Shown: positions 42,001 through 59,200, numbered from the stretch's first letter. The stretch: 64,000 nucleotides of DNA from Eledone cirrhosa (GCA_964016885.1 OZ024743.1:209250001-209314000); one strand, 5' to 3'. Numbers and translations are program-made. Notes: generated by a model not told the origin, from the letters alone.

Positions 42001-45000
42001 GCCACAGATGAAAGCTCTTCACTCCATAAGATATACCACAATCTACCACCCTATGGCCACAGATGAAAGCTCTTCACTCCATAAGATATACCACAGTTTA
42101 CCACCCTATGGCGACAGATGCAAGCTCTTCACTCCATAAGATATACCACAGTTTACCATCCTATAGCCACAGATGAAAGCTCTTCACTCCTTGAGATATA
42201 CCACAGTTTACCATCCTATAGCCACAGATGAAAGCTCTTCACTCCATAAGATATACCACAGTCTACCATCCTATAGCCACAGATGAAAGCTCTTCACTCC
42301 ATAAGATATACCACAGTTTACCATCCTATAGCAACAGATGAAAGCTCTTCACTCCATAAGATATACCACAGTTTACCATCCTATAGCCACAGATGAAAGC
42401 TCTTCACCCCATAAGATATACCACAGTTTACCATCCTATAGCCACACATGAAAGCTCTTCACTCCATAAGATATACCACAGTTTACCATCCTATAGCCAC
42501 AGATGAAAGCTCTTCACCCCATAAGATATACCACAGTTTACCATTTTATAGCCACACATGAAAGCTCTTCACTCCATAAGATATACCACAGTTTACCATC
42601 CTATAGCCACACATGAAAGCTCTTCACTCCATAAGATATACCACAATTTACCATCCTATAGCCACAGATGAAAGTTCTTCACCACGTAAGATATACCACA
42701 GTTTACCATCCTATTGCCACACATGAAAGCTCTTCACTCCATAAGATATACCACAGTTTACCATCCTATAGCCAAATGAAAGCTCTTCACTCCATAAGAT
42801 ATACGACAGTTTACCATCCTATAGCCACACATGAAATCTCTTCACTCCATAAGATATACCTAAGTTTACCATCATATAGCCACAGATGAAAGCTCTTCAC
42901 TCCATAAGATATACGACAGTTTACCATCCTATAGCCACACATGAAAGCTCTTCATGCCATAAGATATACCTCAGTTTACCATCCGATAGCCACAGATGAA
43001 AGCTCTTCACTCCATAAGATATACCACAGTTTACCATCCTATAGCCAGATGAAAGCTCTTCACTCCATAAAATATACCACAGTTTACCATCCTATAGCCA
43101 CAGATGAAAGCTCTTCACTCCATAAGATATACCACAGTTTACCATCATATAGCCAGATGAAAGCTCTTCACTCCATAAGATATACCACAGTTTACGACCC
43201 TATGGCCACAGATGAAAGCTCTTCACTCCATGAGATATTCCACAGTTTACCATCCTATAGCCACGCCACGGATGAAAGCTCTTCACTCCATAAGATATAC
43301 CACAGCTTACAATCCTATAGCCACAGATGAAAGCTCTTCACTCCATAAGATATACCACAGTTTACCATCCTATGGCCACAGATGAAAGCTCTTCACTCCA
43401 TAAGATATACCAGAGTTTACCATCCTATGGCCACAGACGAAAGCACTTCACTCCATAAGATATACCACAGCTTACCATCCTATAGCCACAGATGAAAGCT
43501 CTTCACTCCATAAGATATACCACAGTTTACCATCATATAGTCACACATGAAAGCTCTTCACTCCATAAGATATACCACAGTTTACAATCCTATAGACTCG
43601 CCACGGATGAAAGCTCTTCACTCCATAAGATATACCACAGTTTACCATCCTATAGTCACACATGAAAGCTCTTCACTCCATAAGATATAACACAATTTAC
43701 CATCCTATAGCCAGATGAAAGCTCTTCACTTCATAAGATATACCACAGTTTACCATCCTATAGCCACAGATGAAAGCTCTTCACTCCATAAGATATACCA
43801 CAGTTTACCATCCTAAGGCCACACATGAAAGCTCTTCACTCCATAAGATATACCACAGTTTACCATCCTATAGCCAGATGAAAGCTCTTCACTCCATAAA
43901 ATATGCCACAGTTTACCATCCTATAGCCACACATGAAAGCTCTTCACTCCATAAGATATACCACAGTTTACCATCCTATAGCCACACACGAGAGCTCTTC
44001 ACTCCATAAGATATACCACAGTTTACCATGCTATAGCCACACATGAAAGCTCTTCACTCCATAAGATATACCACAGTTTATCATCCTATAGCCACACATG
44101 AAAGCTCTTCACTCCATAAAATATACCACAGTTTACCATACTATAGCCACACATGAGAGCTCTTCACTCCATAAGATATACCACAGTTTACCATCCTATA
44201 GCCACACATGAAAGCTCTTCACTCCATAAGATATACCACTGTTTACCATTCTATAGCCACACATGAGAGCTCTTCACTCCATAAGATATAGCACAGTTTA
44301 CCATCCTATAGCCAGACATGAAAGCTCTTCACTCCATAAGATATACCACAGTTTACCATACTATAGCCACAGATGAAAGCTCTTCACTCCATAAGATATA
44401 CCACTGTTTACCATCCTATAGACACACATGAGAGCTCTTCACTCCATCAGATATACCATTGTTTACCATCCTATGGCCACACATGAAAGCTCTTCACTCC
44501 ATAAGATATACCACTTTTTACCATTTTATGGCCACACATGAAAGCTCTTCACTCCATAAGATATACCACAGTTTACCATCCTATAGCCACAGATGAAAGC
44601 TCTTCACTCCATAAGATATACCACAGCTTACCATCCTATAGCCAGATGAAAGCTCTTCACTCCATAAGATATACCACAGTTTACCACCCTATGGCCACAG
44701 ATGAAAGCTCTTCACTCCATGAGATATACCACAGTTTACAATCCTATAGCCACGCCACGGATGAAAGCTCTTCACTCCATAAGATATACGACAGTTTACC
44801 ATCCTATAGCCACAGATGAAAGCTCTTCACTCCATAAGATATACCACAATCTACCACCCTATGGCCACAGATGAAAGCTCTTCACTCCATAAGATATACC
44901 ACAGTTTACCACCCTATGGCGACAGATGCATGCTCTTCACTCCATAAGATATACCACAGTTTACCATCCTATAGCCACAGATGAAAGCTCTTCACTCCTT

Positions 45001-46900
45001 GAGATATACCACAGTTTACCATCCTATAGCCAAAGATGAAAGCTCTTCACTCCATAAGATATACCACAGTCTACCATCCTATAGCCACAGATGAAAGCTC
45101 TTCACTCCATAAGATATACCACAGTTTACCATCCTATAGCAACAGATGAAAGCTCTTCACTCCATAAGATATACCACAGTTTACCATCCTATAGCCACAG
45201 ATGAAAGCTCTTCACCCCATAAGATATACCACAGTTTACCATTTTATAGCCACACATGAAAGCTCTTCACTCCATAAGATATACCACAGTTTACCATCCT
45301 ATAGCCACACATGAAAGCTCTTCACTCCATAAGATATACCACAATTTACCATCCTATAGCCACAGATGAAAGTTCTTCACCACGTAAGATATACCACAGT
45401 TTACCATCCTATTGCCACACATGAAAGCTCTTCACTCCATAAGATATACCACAGTTTACCATCCTATAGCCAAATGAAAGCTCTTCACTCCATAAGATAT
45501 ACGACAGTTTACCATCCTATAGCCACACATGAAATCTCTTCACTCCATAAGATATACCTAAGTTTACCATCATATAGCCACAGATGAAAGCTCTTCACTC
45601 CATAAGATATACGACAGTTTACCATCCTATAGCCACACATGAAAGCTCTTCACGCCATAAGATATACCTCAGTTTACCATCCGATAGCCACAGATGAAAG
45701 CTCTTCACTCCATAAGATATACCACAATTTACCATCCTATAGCCAGATGAAAGCTCTTCACTCCATAAAATATACCACAGTTTACCATCCTATAGCCACA
45801 GATGAAAGCTCTTCACTCCATAAGATATACCACAGTTTACCATCCTATAGCCACGCCACGGATGAAAGCTCTTCACTCCATAAGATATACCACAGTTTAC
45901 CATCCTATGGCCACAGACGAAAGCTCTTCACTCCATAAGATATACCACAGCTTACCATCCTTTAGCCATAGATGAAAGCTCTTCACTCCATAAGATATAC
46001 CACAGTTTACCATCATATAGCCACACATGAAAGCTCTTCACTCCATAAGATATACCACAGTTTACAATCCTATAGACTCGCCACGGTTGAAAGCTCTTCA
46101 CTCCATAAGATATACCACAGTTTACCATCCTATAGTCACACATGAAAGCTCTTCACTCCATAAGATATAACACAGTTTACCATCCTATAGCCAGATGAAA
46201 GCACTTCACTCCATAAGATATACCACAGTTTACCATCCTATAGCCACAGATGAAAGCTCTTCACTCCATAAGATATACCACAGTTTACCATCCTAAGGCC
46301 ACACATGAAAGCTCTTCACCCCATAAGATATACCACAGTTTACCATCCTATAGCCAGATGAAAGCTCTTCACTCCGTAAAGTATGCCACAGTTTACCATC
46401 CTATAGCCACACATGAAAGCTCTTCACTCCATAAGATATACCACAGTTTACCATCCTATAGCCACACATGAGAGCTCTTCACTCCATAAGATATACCACA
46501 GTTTACCATCCTATAGCCACACATGAAAGCTTTTCACTCCATAAGATATACCACAGTTTATCATCCTATAGCCACACATGAAAGCTCTTCACTCCATAAA
46601 ATATACCACAGTTTACCATACTATAGCCACAGATGAAAGCTCTTCACTCCATAAGATATACCACAGTTTACCATCCTATAACCACAGATGAAAGCTCTTC
46701 ACTCCATAAGATATACCACAGCTTACCATCCTATAGCCAGGTGAAAGCTCTTCACTCCATAAGATATACCACAGTTTACCACCCTATGGCCACAGATGAA
46801 AGCTCTTCACTCCATGAGATATACCACAGTTTACAATCCTATAGCCACGCCACGGATGAAAGCTCTTCACTCCATAAGATATACCACAGTTTACCATCCT
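40600..46900 (+). repeat. Higher-order repeat, ~2.8-kb period, two copies plus a partial, more diverged third
   Basis: The offset is 2808 for 40962/43770 and 41730/44538, then 2698 after loss of two monomers (42668/45366, 42941/45639). The marker TATAGACTCGCCACGG sits at 40783, 43591 and 46071, and also at 29843. Confidence 0.9.
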
Positions 46901-47279
46901 ATAGCCACAGATGAAAGCTCTTCACTCCATAAGATATACCACAGTTTACCATACTATAGCCACAGATGAAAGCTCTTCACTCCATAAGATATACCACAGT
47001 CTACCATCCTATAGCCACAGATGAAAGCTCTTCACTCCATAAGATATACCACAGTTTACCATCCTATAGCCACAGATGAAAGCTCTTCACTCCATAAGAT
47101 ATACCACAGTTTACCATACTATAGCAACGCCACGGATGAGAGCTCTTCACTCCATAAGATATACCACAGTTTACCATCCTATGGCCACAGATGAAAGCTC
47201 TTCACTCCATAAGATATACCACAGTTTACCATCCTATAGCCACAGATGAAATCTCTTCACTCCATAAGATATACCACAG

Positions 47280-50200
47280 TTTACCATCATATAGCCACAC
47301 ATGAAAGCTCTTCAGTCCATAAGATATACCACAGTTTACCATCCTATAGCCACGCCACGGATGAAAGCTCTTCACTCCATAAGAAATACCACAGTTTACC
47401 ATCCTATAGTCACACATGAAAGCTCTTCACTCCATAAGATATAACACAGTTTACCATCCTATAGCCAGATGAAAGCTCTTCACTCCATAAGATATACCAC
47501 AGTTTACCATCCTATAGCCACAGATGAAAGCTCCTCACTCCATAAGATATACCACAGTTTACCATCCTATAGCCACAGATGAAAGCTCTTCACTCCATGA
47601 GAAATACCACAGTCTACCATCCTATAGCCACAGATGAAAGCTCTTCACTCCATAAGATATACCACAGTTTACCATCCTATAGCCACAGATGAAAGCTCTT
47701 CACTCCATAAGATATACCACAGTTTACCATCCTATAACCACAGATGAAAGCTCTTCACCCCATAAGATATACCACAGTTTACCATCCTATAGCCACACAT
47801 GAAAGCTCTTCACTCCATAAGATATACCACAGTTTACCATCCTATAGCCACAGATGAAAGCTCTTCACCCCATAAGATATACCACAGTTTACCATCCTAT
47901 AGCCACACATGAAAGCTCTTCACACCATAAGATATACCTCAGTTTACCATCCTATAGCCACAGATGAAAGCTCTTCACTCCATAAGATATACCACATTTT
48001 ACCATCCTATAGCCACACATGAGAGCTCTTCACTCCATAAGATATACCACAGTTTACCATCCTATGGCCACACATGAAAGCTCTTTACCCCATAAGATGT
48101 ACCACAGTTTACCATCCTATAGCCAGATGAAAGCTCTTCACTCCGTAAAATATACCACAGTTTACCATCCTATAGCCACACATGAAAGCTCTTCACTCCA
48201 TAAGATATACCTCAGTTTACCATCCTATAGCCACAGATGAAAGCTCTTCACTCCATAAGATATACCACAGTTTACCATCCTATAACCACACATGAAAGCT
48301 CTTGACGCCATAAGATATACCTCAGTTTACCATCCAATAGCCACAAATGAAAGCTCTTCACTCCATAAGATATTCCACAGTTTACCATCCTATAGCCAGA
48401 TGAAAGCTCTTCACTCCATAAGATATACCACAGTTTACCATCCTATAGCCAAATGAAAGCTCTTCACTCCATAAGATATACCACAGTTTACCATCCTATA
48501 GCCACGCCACGGATGAAAGCTCTTCACTCCATAAGATATACCACAGTTTACCATCCTATAGCCACGCCACGGATGAAAGCTCTTCACTCCATAAGATATA
48601 CCACAGCTTACAATCCTATAGCCACAGATGAAAGCTCTTCACTCCATAAGATATACCACAGTTTACCATCCTATGGCCACAGATGAAAGCTCTTCACTCC
48701 ATAAGATATACCACAGTTTACCATCCTATGGCCACAGATGATAGCTCTTCACTCCATGAGATATACCACAGTTTACCACCCTATAGCCACAGATGAAATC
48801 TCTTCACTCCTTAAGATATACCACAGTTTACCATCATATAGCCACACATGAAAGCTCTTCAGTCCATAAGATATACCACAGATTACCATCCTATAGCCAC
48901 GCCACTGTTGAAAGCTCTTCACTCCATAAGAAATACCACAGTTTACCATCCTATAGTCACACATGAAAGATCTTCACTCCATAAGATATAACACAGTTTA
49001 CCATCCTATAGCCAGATGAAAGCTCTTCACTCCATAAGATATACCACAGTTTACCATCCTATAGCCACAGATGAAAGCTCTTCACTCCATAAGATATACC
49101 ACAGTTAACCATTTTATAGCCACAGATGAAAGCTGTTCACTCCATAAGATATACCACAGTTTACCATCCTATAGCCACACATGAAAGCTCTTCACTCCAT
49201 AAGATATACCACAGTTTACCATCCTATAGCCAGATGAAAGCTCTTCACTCCATAAGATATACCACAATTTACCATCCTATAGCCACAGATGAAAGCTGTT
49301 CACTCCATAAGATATACCACAGTTTACCATCCTATAGTCAGAGATGAAATCTGTTCACTCCATAAGATATACCACAGTTTACCATACTATAGCCACAAAT
49401 GAAGGCTCTTCACTCCATCAGATATAGCACACTTTACCATCCTATAGCCACAGATGAAAGCTCTTCACTCCATAAGATATACCACAGTTTACCATCCTAT
49501 AGCCACAGATGAAAGCTGTTCACTCCATAAGACATACCACAGTTTACCATCCTATAGCCACACATGAAAGCTGTTCACTCCATAAGACATACCACAGTTT
49601 ACCATCCTATAGCCACAGATGAAAGCTCTTCACTCCATAAGATATACCACAGTTTACCATCCTATAGCCACAGATGAAAGCTCTTCACTCCATAAGATAT
49701 ACCACAGTTTACCATCCTATAGCCACACATGAAAGCTCTTCACCCCATAAGATATACCACAGTTTACCATCCTATAGCCACAGATGAAAGCTCTTCACCC
49801 CATAAGATATACCACAGTTTACCATCCTATAGCCACACATGAAAGCTCTTCACTCCATAAGATATACCACAGTTTACCATCCTATAGCCAGATGAAAGCT
49901 CTTCACTCCATAAGATATACCACAGTTTACCATCCTATAGCCACAGCTGAAAGCTCTTCACTCCATAAGATATACCACAGTTTACCATCCTATAGCCACA
50001 GATGAAAGCTCTTCACTCCATAAGATATACCACAGTTTACCATCCTATAGCCACAGATGAAAGCTCTTCACTCCATAAGATATACCACAGTTTACCATCC
50101 TATAGCCATAGATGTAAGCTCTTCACCCCATGAGATATACCACAGTTTACCATCCTATAGCCACAGATGAAAGCTCTTCACCCCATAAGATATACCACAG

Positions 50201-53200
50201 TTTACCATCCTATAGCCACACATGAAAGCTCTTCACTCCATAAGATATACCACAGTTTACCATCCTATAGCCACACATGAAAGCTCTTCACTCCATAAGA
50301 TATACCACAGTTTACCATCCTATAGCCACACATGAAAGCTGTTCACTCCATAAGATATACCACAGTTTACCATCCTATAGCCACAGATGAAAGCTCTTCA
50401 CCCCATAATATATACCACAGTTTACCATCCTATAGCCACACATGAAAGCTCTTCACCCCATAAGATATACCACAGTTTACCATCCTATAGCCACACATGA
50501 AAGCTCTTCACTCCATAAGATATACCACAGTTTACCATCCAATAGCCAGATGAAAGCTCTTCACTCCATAAGATATACGACAGTTTACCATCCTATAGCC
50601 ACACTTGAAATCTCTTCACTCCATAAGATATATCTCAATTTACCATCCTATAGCCACAGATGAAAGATCTTCACTCCATAAGTTATACCACAGTTTACCA
50701 TCCTATAGCCACACATGAAAGCTCTTCACGCCATAAGATATACCTCAGTTTACCATCCTATAGCCACAGATGAAAGCTCTTCAGTCCATAAGATATACCA
50801 CAGTTTACCATCCTATAGCCACACATGAGAGCTCTTCACTCCATAAGATATACCACAATTTACCATCCTATGGCCACACATGAAAGCTCTTCACCCCATA
50901 AGATATACCACAGTTTACCATCCTATAGCCAGATGAAAGCTCTTCACTCCGTAAGATATACGACAGTTTACCATCCTATAGCCACACATGAAATCTCTTC
51001 ACTCCATAAGATATACCACAGTTTACCATACTATAGCCACAAATGAAGGCTCTTCACTCCATCAGATATACCAGACCTTACCATCCTATAGCCACAGATG
51101 AAAGCTCTTCACTCCATAAGATATACCACAGTTTACAATCCTATAGCCACAGATGAAAGCTCTTCACTCCATAAGACATACCACAGTTTACCATCCTATA
51201 GCCACGCATGAAAGCTCTTCACTCCATAAGATATACCACAGTTTACCATCCTATAGACAAAGATGAAAGCTGTTCACTCCATAAGATATACGACAGTTTA
51301 CCATCCTATAGCCACAGATGAAAGCTGTTCACTCCATAAGATATACGACAGTTTACCATCCTATAGCCAGATGAAAGCTCTTCACTCCATAAGATATACC
51401 ACAGTTTACCATCCTATAGCCACAGATGAAAGCTGTTCACTCCATAAGATATACCACAGTTTACCATCCTATAGCCAGATGAAAGCTCTTCACTCCATAA
51501 GATATACCACAGTTTACCATCCTATAGCCACAGATGAAAGCTCTTCACTCCATAAGATATACCACAGTTTACCATCCTATAGCCACAGATGAAAGCTCTT
51601 CACTCCATGAGATATACCACAGTTTACCATCCTATAGACACAGATGAAATCTGTTCACTCCATAAGATATACGACAGTTTACCATCCTATAGCCACAGAT
51701 GAAAGCTGTTCACTCCATAAGATATACGACAGTCTACCATCCTATAGCCAGATGAAAGCTCTTCACTCTATGAGATATACCACAGTTTACCATCCTATAG
51801 CCACAGAGGAAAGCTGTTCACTCCATAAGATATACCACAGTTTACCATCCTATAGCCAGATGAAAGCTCTTCAGTCCATAAGATATACCACAGTTTACCA
51901 TCCTATAGCCACAGATGAATGCTCTTCACCCCATAAGATATACCACAGTTTACCATCCTATAGCCACACATGAAAGCTCTTCACTCCATAAGATATACCA
52001 CAGTTTACCATCCTATAGCCAGATGAAAGCTCTTCACTCCGTAAAATATACCACAGTTTACCATCCTATAGCCACACATGAGAGCTCTTCACTCCATAAG
52101 ATATACCACAGTTTACCATCCTATAGCCACACCTGAAAGCTCTTCACTCCATAAGATATACCACAGTTTACCATCATATAGCCACACATGAAAGCTCTTC
52201 AGTCCATAAGATATGCCACAGTTTACCATCCTATAGCCACGCCACGGATGAAAGCTCTTCACTCCATAAGAAATACCACAGTTTACCATCCTATAGTCAC
52301 ACATGAAAGCTGTTCACTCCATAAGATATACGACAGTTTACCATCCTATAGCCAGATGAAAGCTCTTCACTCCATAAGATATACCACAGTTTACCATCCT
52401 ATAGCCACAGATGAAAGCTCTTCACCCCATAAGATATACCAAAGTTTACCATCCTATAGCCACACATGAAAGCTCTTCACTCCATAAGATATACCACAGT
52501 TTACCATCCTATAGCCACACATGAAAGCTCTTCACTCCATAAGATATACGACAGTTTACCATCCTATAGCCACACATGAAAGCTCTTCACTCCATAAGAT
52601 ATACCACAGTTTACCATCCTATAGCCACAGATGAATGCTCTTCACCCCATAAGATATACCACCGTTTACCATCCTATAGCCACACATGAAAGCTCTTCAC
52701 CTCATAAGATATACCACAGTTTACCATCCTATAGCCACACATGAAAGCTCTTCACTCCATAAGATATACCACAGTTTACCATCCAATAGCCAGATGAAAG
52801 CTCTTCACTCCATAAGATATACGACAGTTTACCATCCTATAGCCACACATGAAATCTCTTCACTCCATAAGATATACCACAATTTACCATCCTATGGCCA
52901 CACATGAAAGCTCTTCACCCCATAAGATATACCACAGTTTACCATCCTATAGCCAGATGAAAGCTCTTCACTCCATAAGATATACGACAGTTTACCATCC
53001 TATAGCCACACATGAAATCTCTTCACTCCATAAGATATACCACAGTTTACCATACTATAGCCACAAATGAAGGCTCTTCACTCCATCAGATATACCAGAC
53101 TTTACCATCCTATAGCCACAGATGAAAGCTCTTCACTCCATAAGATATACCACAGTTTACCATCCTATAGCCACAGATGAAAGCTGTTCACTCCATAAGA

Positions 53201-56200
53201 CATACCACAGTTTACCATCCTATAGCCACACATGAAAGCTCTTCACTCCATAAGATATACCACAGTTTACCATCCTATAGACAAAGATGAAAGCTGTTCA
53301 CTCCATAAGATATACGACAGTTTACCATCCTATAGCCACAGATGAAAGCTGTTCACTCCATAAGATATACGACAGTTTACCATCCTATAGCCAGATGAAA
53401 GCTCTTCACTCCATAAGATATACCACAGTTTACCATCCTATAGCCACAGATGAAAGCTGTTCACTCCATAAGATATACCACAGTTTACCATCCTATAGCC
53501 AGATGAAAGCTCTTCACTCCATAAGATATACCACAGTTTACCATCCTATAGCCACAGATGAAAGCTCTTCACTCCATAAGATATACCACAGTTTACCATC
53601 CTATAGCCACAGATGAAAGCTCTTCACTCCATGAGATATACCACAGTTTACCATCCTATAGACACAGATGAAAGCTGTTCACTCCATAAGATATACGACA
53701 GTTTACCATCCTATAGCCACAGATGAAAGCTGTTCACTCCATAAGATATACGACAGTCTACCATCCTATAGCCAGATGAAAGCTCTTCACTCCATAAGAT
53801 ATACCACAGTTTACCATCCTATAGCCACAGAGGAAAGCTTTTCACTCCATAAGATATACCACAGTTTACCATCCTATAGCCAGATGAAAGCTCTTCACTC
53901 CATAAGATATACCACAGTTTACCATCCTATAGCCACAGATGAAAGCTCTTCACCCCATAAGATATACCACAGTTTACCATCCTATAGCCACACATGAAAG
54001 CTCTTCACTCCATAAGATATACCACAGTTTACCATCCTATAGCCACACATGAAAGCTCTTCACTCCATAAGATATACCACAGTTTACCATCCTATAACCA
54101 CAGATGAAAGCTCTTCACTCCATAAGATATACCACAGTTTACCATCCTATAGCCACAGATGAAAGCTCTTCACTCCATAAGATATACCACAGTTTACCAT
54201 CCTATAGCCACAGATGAAAGCTCTTCACCCCATAAGACATACCACAGTTTACCATCCTATAGCCACACATGAAAGCTCTTCACTCCATAAGATATACCAC
54301 AGTTTACCATCCTATAGCCAGATGAAAGCTCTTCACTCCGTAAAATATACCACAGTTTACCATCCTATAGCCACACATGAGAGCTCTTCACTCCATAAGA
54401 TATACCACAGTTTACAATCCTATAGCCACACCTGAAAGCTCTTCACTCCATAAGATATACCACAGTTTACCATCATATAGCCACACATGAAAGCTCTTCA
54501 GTCCATAAGATATACCACAGTTTACCATCCTATAGCCACGCCACGGATGAAAGCTCTTCACTCCATAAGAAATACCACAGTTTACCATCCTATAGTCACA
54601 CATGAAAGCTCTTCACTCCATAAGATATAACACAGTTTACCATCCTATAGCCAGATGAAAGCTCTTCACTCCATAAGATATACCACAGTTTACCATCCTA
54701 TAGCCACAGATGAAAGCTCCTCACTCCATAAGATATACCACAGTTTACCATCCTATAGCCACAGATGAAAGCTCTTCACTCCATAAGAAATACCACAGTT
54801 TACCATTTTATAGCCACAGATGAAAGCTGTTCACTCCATAAGATATACCACAGTTTACCATCCTATAGCCACACATGAAAGCTCTTCACTCCATAAGATA
54901 TACCACAGTTTACCATCCTATAGCCACAGATGAAAGCTCTTCACTCCATAAGATATACCACAGTTTACCATCCTATAGCCACAGATGAAGGCTGTTCACT
55001 CCATAAGATATACCACAGTTTACCATCCTATAGCCACAGATGAAAGCTCTTCACTCCATAAGATATACCACAGTTTACCGTCCTATGGCCACAGATGAAA
55101 GCTCTTCACTCCATAAGATATACCACAGTTTACCACCCTATGGCGACAGATGAAAGCTCTTCACTCCATAAGATATACCACAGTTTACCATCCTATAGCC
55201 ACAGATGAAAGCTCTTCACTCAATAAGATATACCACAGTTTACCATCCTATAGCCACAGATGAAAGCTCTTCACTCCATAAGATATACCACAGTCTACCA
55301 TCCTATAGCCACAGATGAAAGCTCTTCACTCCATAAGATATACCACAGTTTACCATCCTATAGCCACAGATGAAAGCTCTTCACTCCATAAGATATACCA
55401 CAGTTTACCATCCTATAGCCACAGATGAAAACTCTTCACCCCATAAGATATACCACAGTTTACCGTCCTATACCCACACATGAAAGCTCTTCACTCCATA
55501 AGATATACCACAGTTTACCATCCTATAGCCACAGATGAAAGCTCTTCACCCCATAAGATATACCACAGTTTACCATCCTATAGCCACACATGAAAGCTCT
55601 TCACACCATAAGATATACCTCAGTTTACCATCCTATAGCCACAGATGAAAGCTCTTCACTCAATAAGATATACCACATTTTACCATCCTATAGCCACACA
55701 TGAGAGCTCTTCACTCCATAAGATATACCACAGTTTACCATCCTATGGCCGCACATGAAAGCTCTTTACCCCATAAGATGTACCACAGTTTACCATCCTA
55801 TAGCCAGATGAAAGCTCTTCACTCCGTAAAATATACCACAGTTTACCATCCTATAGCCACACATGAAAGCTCTTCACTCCATAAGATATACCTCAGTTTA
55901 CCATCCTATAGCCACAGATGAAAGCTCTTCACTCCATAAGATATACCACAGTTTACCATCCTATAGCCACACATGTAAGCTCTTGACGCCATAAGATATA
56001 CCTCAGTTTACCATCCAATAGCCACAAATGAAAGCTCTTCACTCCATAAGATATTCCACAGTTTACCATCCTATAGCCAGATGAAAGCTCTTCACTCCAT
56101 AAGATATACCACAGTTTACCATCCTATAGCCAAATGAAAGCTATTCACTCCATAAGATATACCACAGTTTACCATCCTATAGCCACGCCACGGATGAAAG

Positions 56201-59200
56201 CTCTTCACTCCATAAGATATACCACAGTTTACCATCCTATAGCCACGCCACGGATGAAAGCTCTTCACTCCATAAGATATACCACAGCTTACAATCCTAT
56301 AGCCACAGATGAAAGCTCTTCACTCCATAAGATATACCACAGTTTACCATCCTATGGCCACAGATGAAAGCTCTTCACTCCATAAGATATACCACAGTTT
56401 ACCATCCTATGGCCACAGATGATAGCTCTTCACTCCATGAGATATACCACAGTTTACCACCCTATGGCCACAGATGAAAGCTCTTCACTCCATAAGATAT
56501 ACCACAGTTTACCATCCTATAGCCACGCCACGGATGAGAGCTCTTCACTCCATAAGATATACCACAGTTTACAATCCTATAGCCACAGATGAAAGCTCTT
56601 CACTCCATAAGATATACCACAGTTTACCATCCTATGGCCACAGATGAAAGCTCTTCACTCCATAAGATATACCACAGTTTACCATCCTATAGCCACAGAT
56701 GAAATCTCTTCACTCCTTAAGATATACCACAGTTTACCATCATATAGCCACACATGAAAGCTCTTCAGTCCATAAGATATACCACAGATTACCATCCTAT
56801 AGCCACGCCACGGTTGAAAGCTCTTCGCTCCATAAGAAATACCACAGTTTACCATCCTATAGTCACACATGAAAGCTCTTCACTCCATAAGATATAACAC
56901 AGTTTACCATCCTATAGCCAGATGAAAGCTCTTCACTCCTTAAGATATACCACAGTTTACCATCCTATAGCCACAGATGAAAGCTCCTCACTCCATAAGA
57001 TATACCACAGTTTACCATCCTATAGCCACAGATGAAAGCTCTTCACTCCATAAGACCTACCACAGTTAACCAATTTATAGCCACAGATGAAAGCTGTTCA
57101 CTCCATAAGATATACCACAGTTTACCATCCTATAGCCACACATGAAAGCTCTTCACTCCATAAGATATACCACAGTTTACCATCCTATAGCCAGATGAAA
57201 GCTCTTCACTCCATAAGATATACCACAATTTACCATCCTATAGCCACAGATGAAAGCTGTTCACTCCATAAGATATACCACAGTTTACCATCCTATAGCC
57301 ACAGATGAAAGCTGTTCACTCCATAAGATATACCACAGTTTACCATACTATAGCCACAAATGAAGGCTCTTCACTCCATCAGATATAGCACACTTTACCA
57401 TCCTATAGCCACAGATGAAAGCTCTTCACTCCATAAGATATACCACAGTTTACCATCCTATAGCCACAGATGAAAGCTGTTCACTCCATAAGATATACCA
57501 CAGTTTACCATCCTATAGCCAGATGAAAGCTCTTCACTCCATAAGATATACCACAGTTTACCATCCTATAGCCACAGATGAAAGCTCTTCACTCCATAAG
57601 ATATACCACAGTTTACCATCCTATAGCCAGATGAAAGCTCTTCACTCCATAAGATATACCACAGTTTACCATCCTATAGCCACAGATGAAAGCTCTTCAC
57701 TCCATAAGATATACCACAGTTTACCATCCTATAGCCACAGATGAAAGCTCTTCACTCCATAAGATATACCACAGTTTACCATCCTATAGCCACAGATGAA
57801 AGCTCTTCACCCCATAAGATATACCACAGTTTACCATCCTATAGCCACAGATGAAAGCTCTTCACCCCATAAGATATACCACAGTTTACCATCCTATAGA
57901 CACACATGAAAGCTCTTCACTCCATAAGATATACCACAGTTTACCATCCTATAGCCACACATGAAAGCCCTTCACTCCATAAGATATACCACAGTTTACC
58001 ATCCTATAGCCAGATGAAAGCTCGTCACTCTATAAGATATACCACAGTTTACCATCCTATAGCCACAGATGAAAGCTCTTCACTCCATAAGATATACCAC
58101 AGTTTACCATCCTATAGCCACAGATGAAAGCTCTTCACCCCATAAGACATACCACATTTTACCATCCTATAGCCACACATGAAAGCTCTTCACTCCATAA
58201 GATATACCACAGTTTACCATCCTATAGCCACACATGAAAGCTCTTCACTCCATAAGATATACCACAGTTTACCATCCTATAGCCACACATGAAAGCTCTT
58301 CACCCCATAAGATATACCACAGTTTACCATCCTTTAGCCAGATGAAAGCTCTTCACTCCATAAGATATACCACAGTTTACCATCCTATAGCCACAGATGA
58401 AAGCTGTTCACTCCATAAGATATACCACAGTTTACCATCCTATAGCCAGATGAAAGCTCTTCACTCCATAAGATATACCACAGTTTACCATCCTATAGCC
58501 AGATGAAAGCTCTTCACTCCATAAGATATACCTCAGTTTACCATCCTATAGCCACAGATGAAAGCTGTTCACTCCATAAGATCTACCACAGTTTACCATC
58601 CTATAGCCAGATGAAAGCTCTTCACTCCATAAGATATACCACAGTTTACCATCCTATAGCCACAGATGAAAGCTCTTCACTCCATAAGATATACCACAGT
58701 TTACCATCCTATAGCCACAGATGAAATCTCTACACTCCATAAGATATACCACAGTTTACCATCCTATAGCCACAGATGAAAGCTCTTTACTCCATAAGAT
58801 ATACCACAGTTTACCATCCTATAGCCACAGATGTAAGCTCTTCACCCCATGAGATATACCACAGTTTACCATCCTATAGCCACAGATGAAAGCTCTTCAC
58901 CCCATAAGATATACCACAGTTTACCATCCTATAGCCACACAAGAAAGCTCTTCACTCCATAAGATATACCACAGTTTACCATCCTATAGCCACACATGAA
59001 AGCTCTTCACTCCATAAGATATACCACAGTTTACCATCCTATAGCCACACATGAAAGCTCTTCACTCCATAAGATATACCACAGTTTACCATCCTATAGC
59101 CACAGATGAAAGCTCTTCACCCCATAAGATATACCACAGTTTACCATCCTATAGCCACACATGAAAGCTCTTCACCCCATAAGATATACCACAGTTTACC

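Noticed and set aside
45952-56870. Six minus-strand 63-aa ORFs (MCDYRMVNCGISYG...)
   Set aside because: They are the reverse complement of one recurring variant cassette that happens to lack stops.
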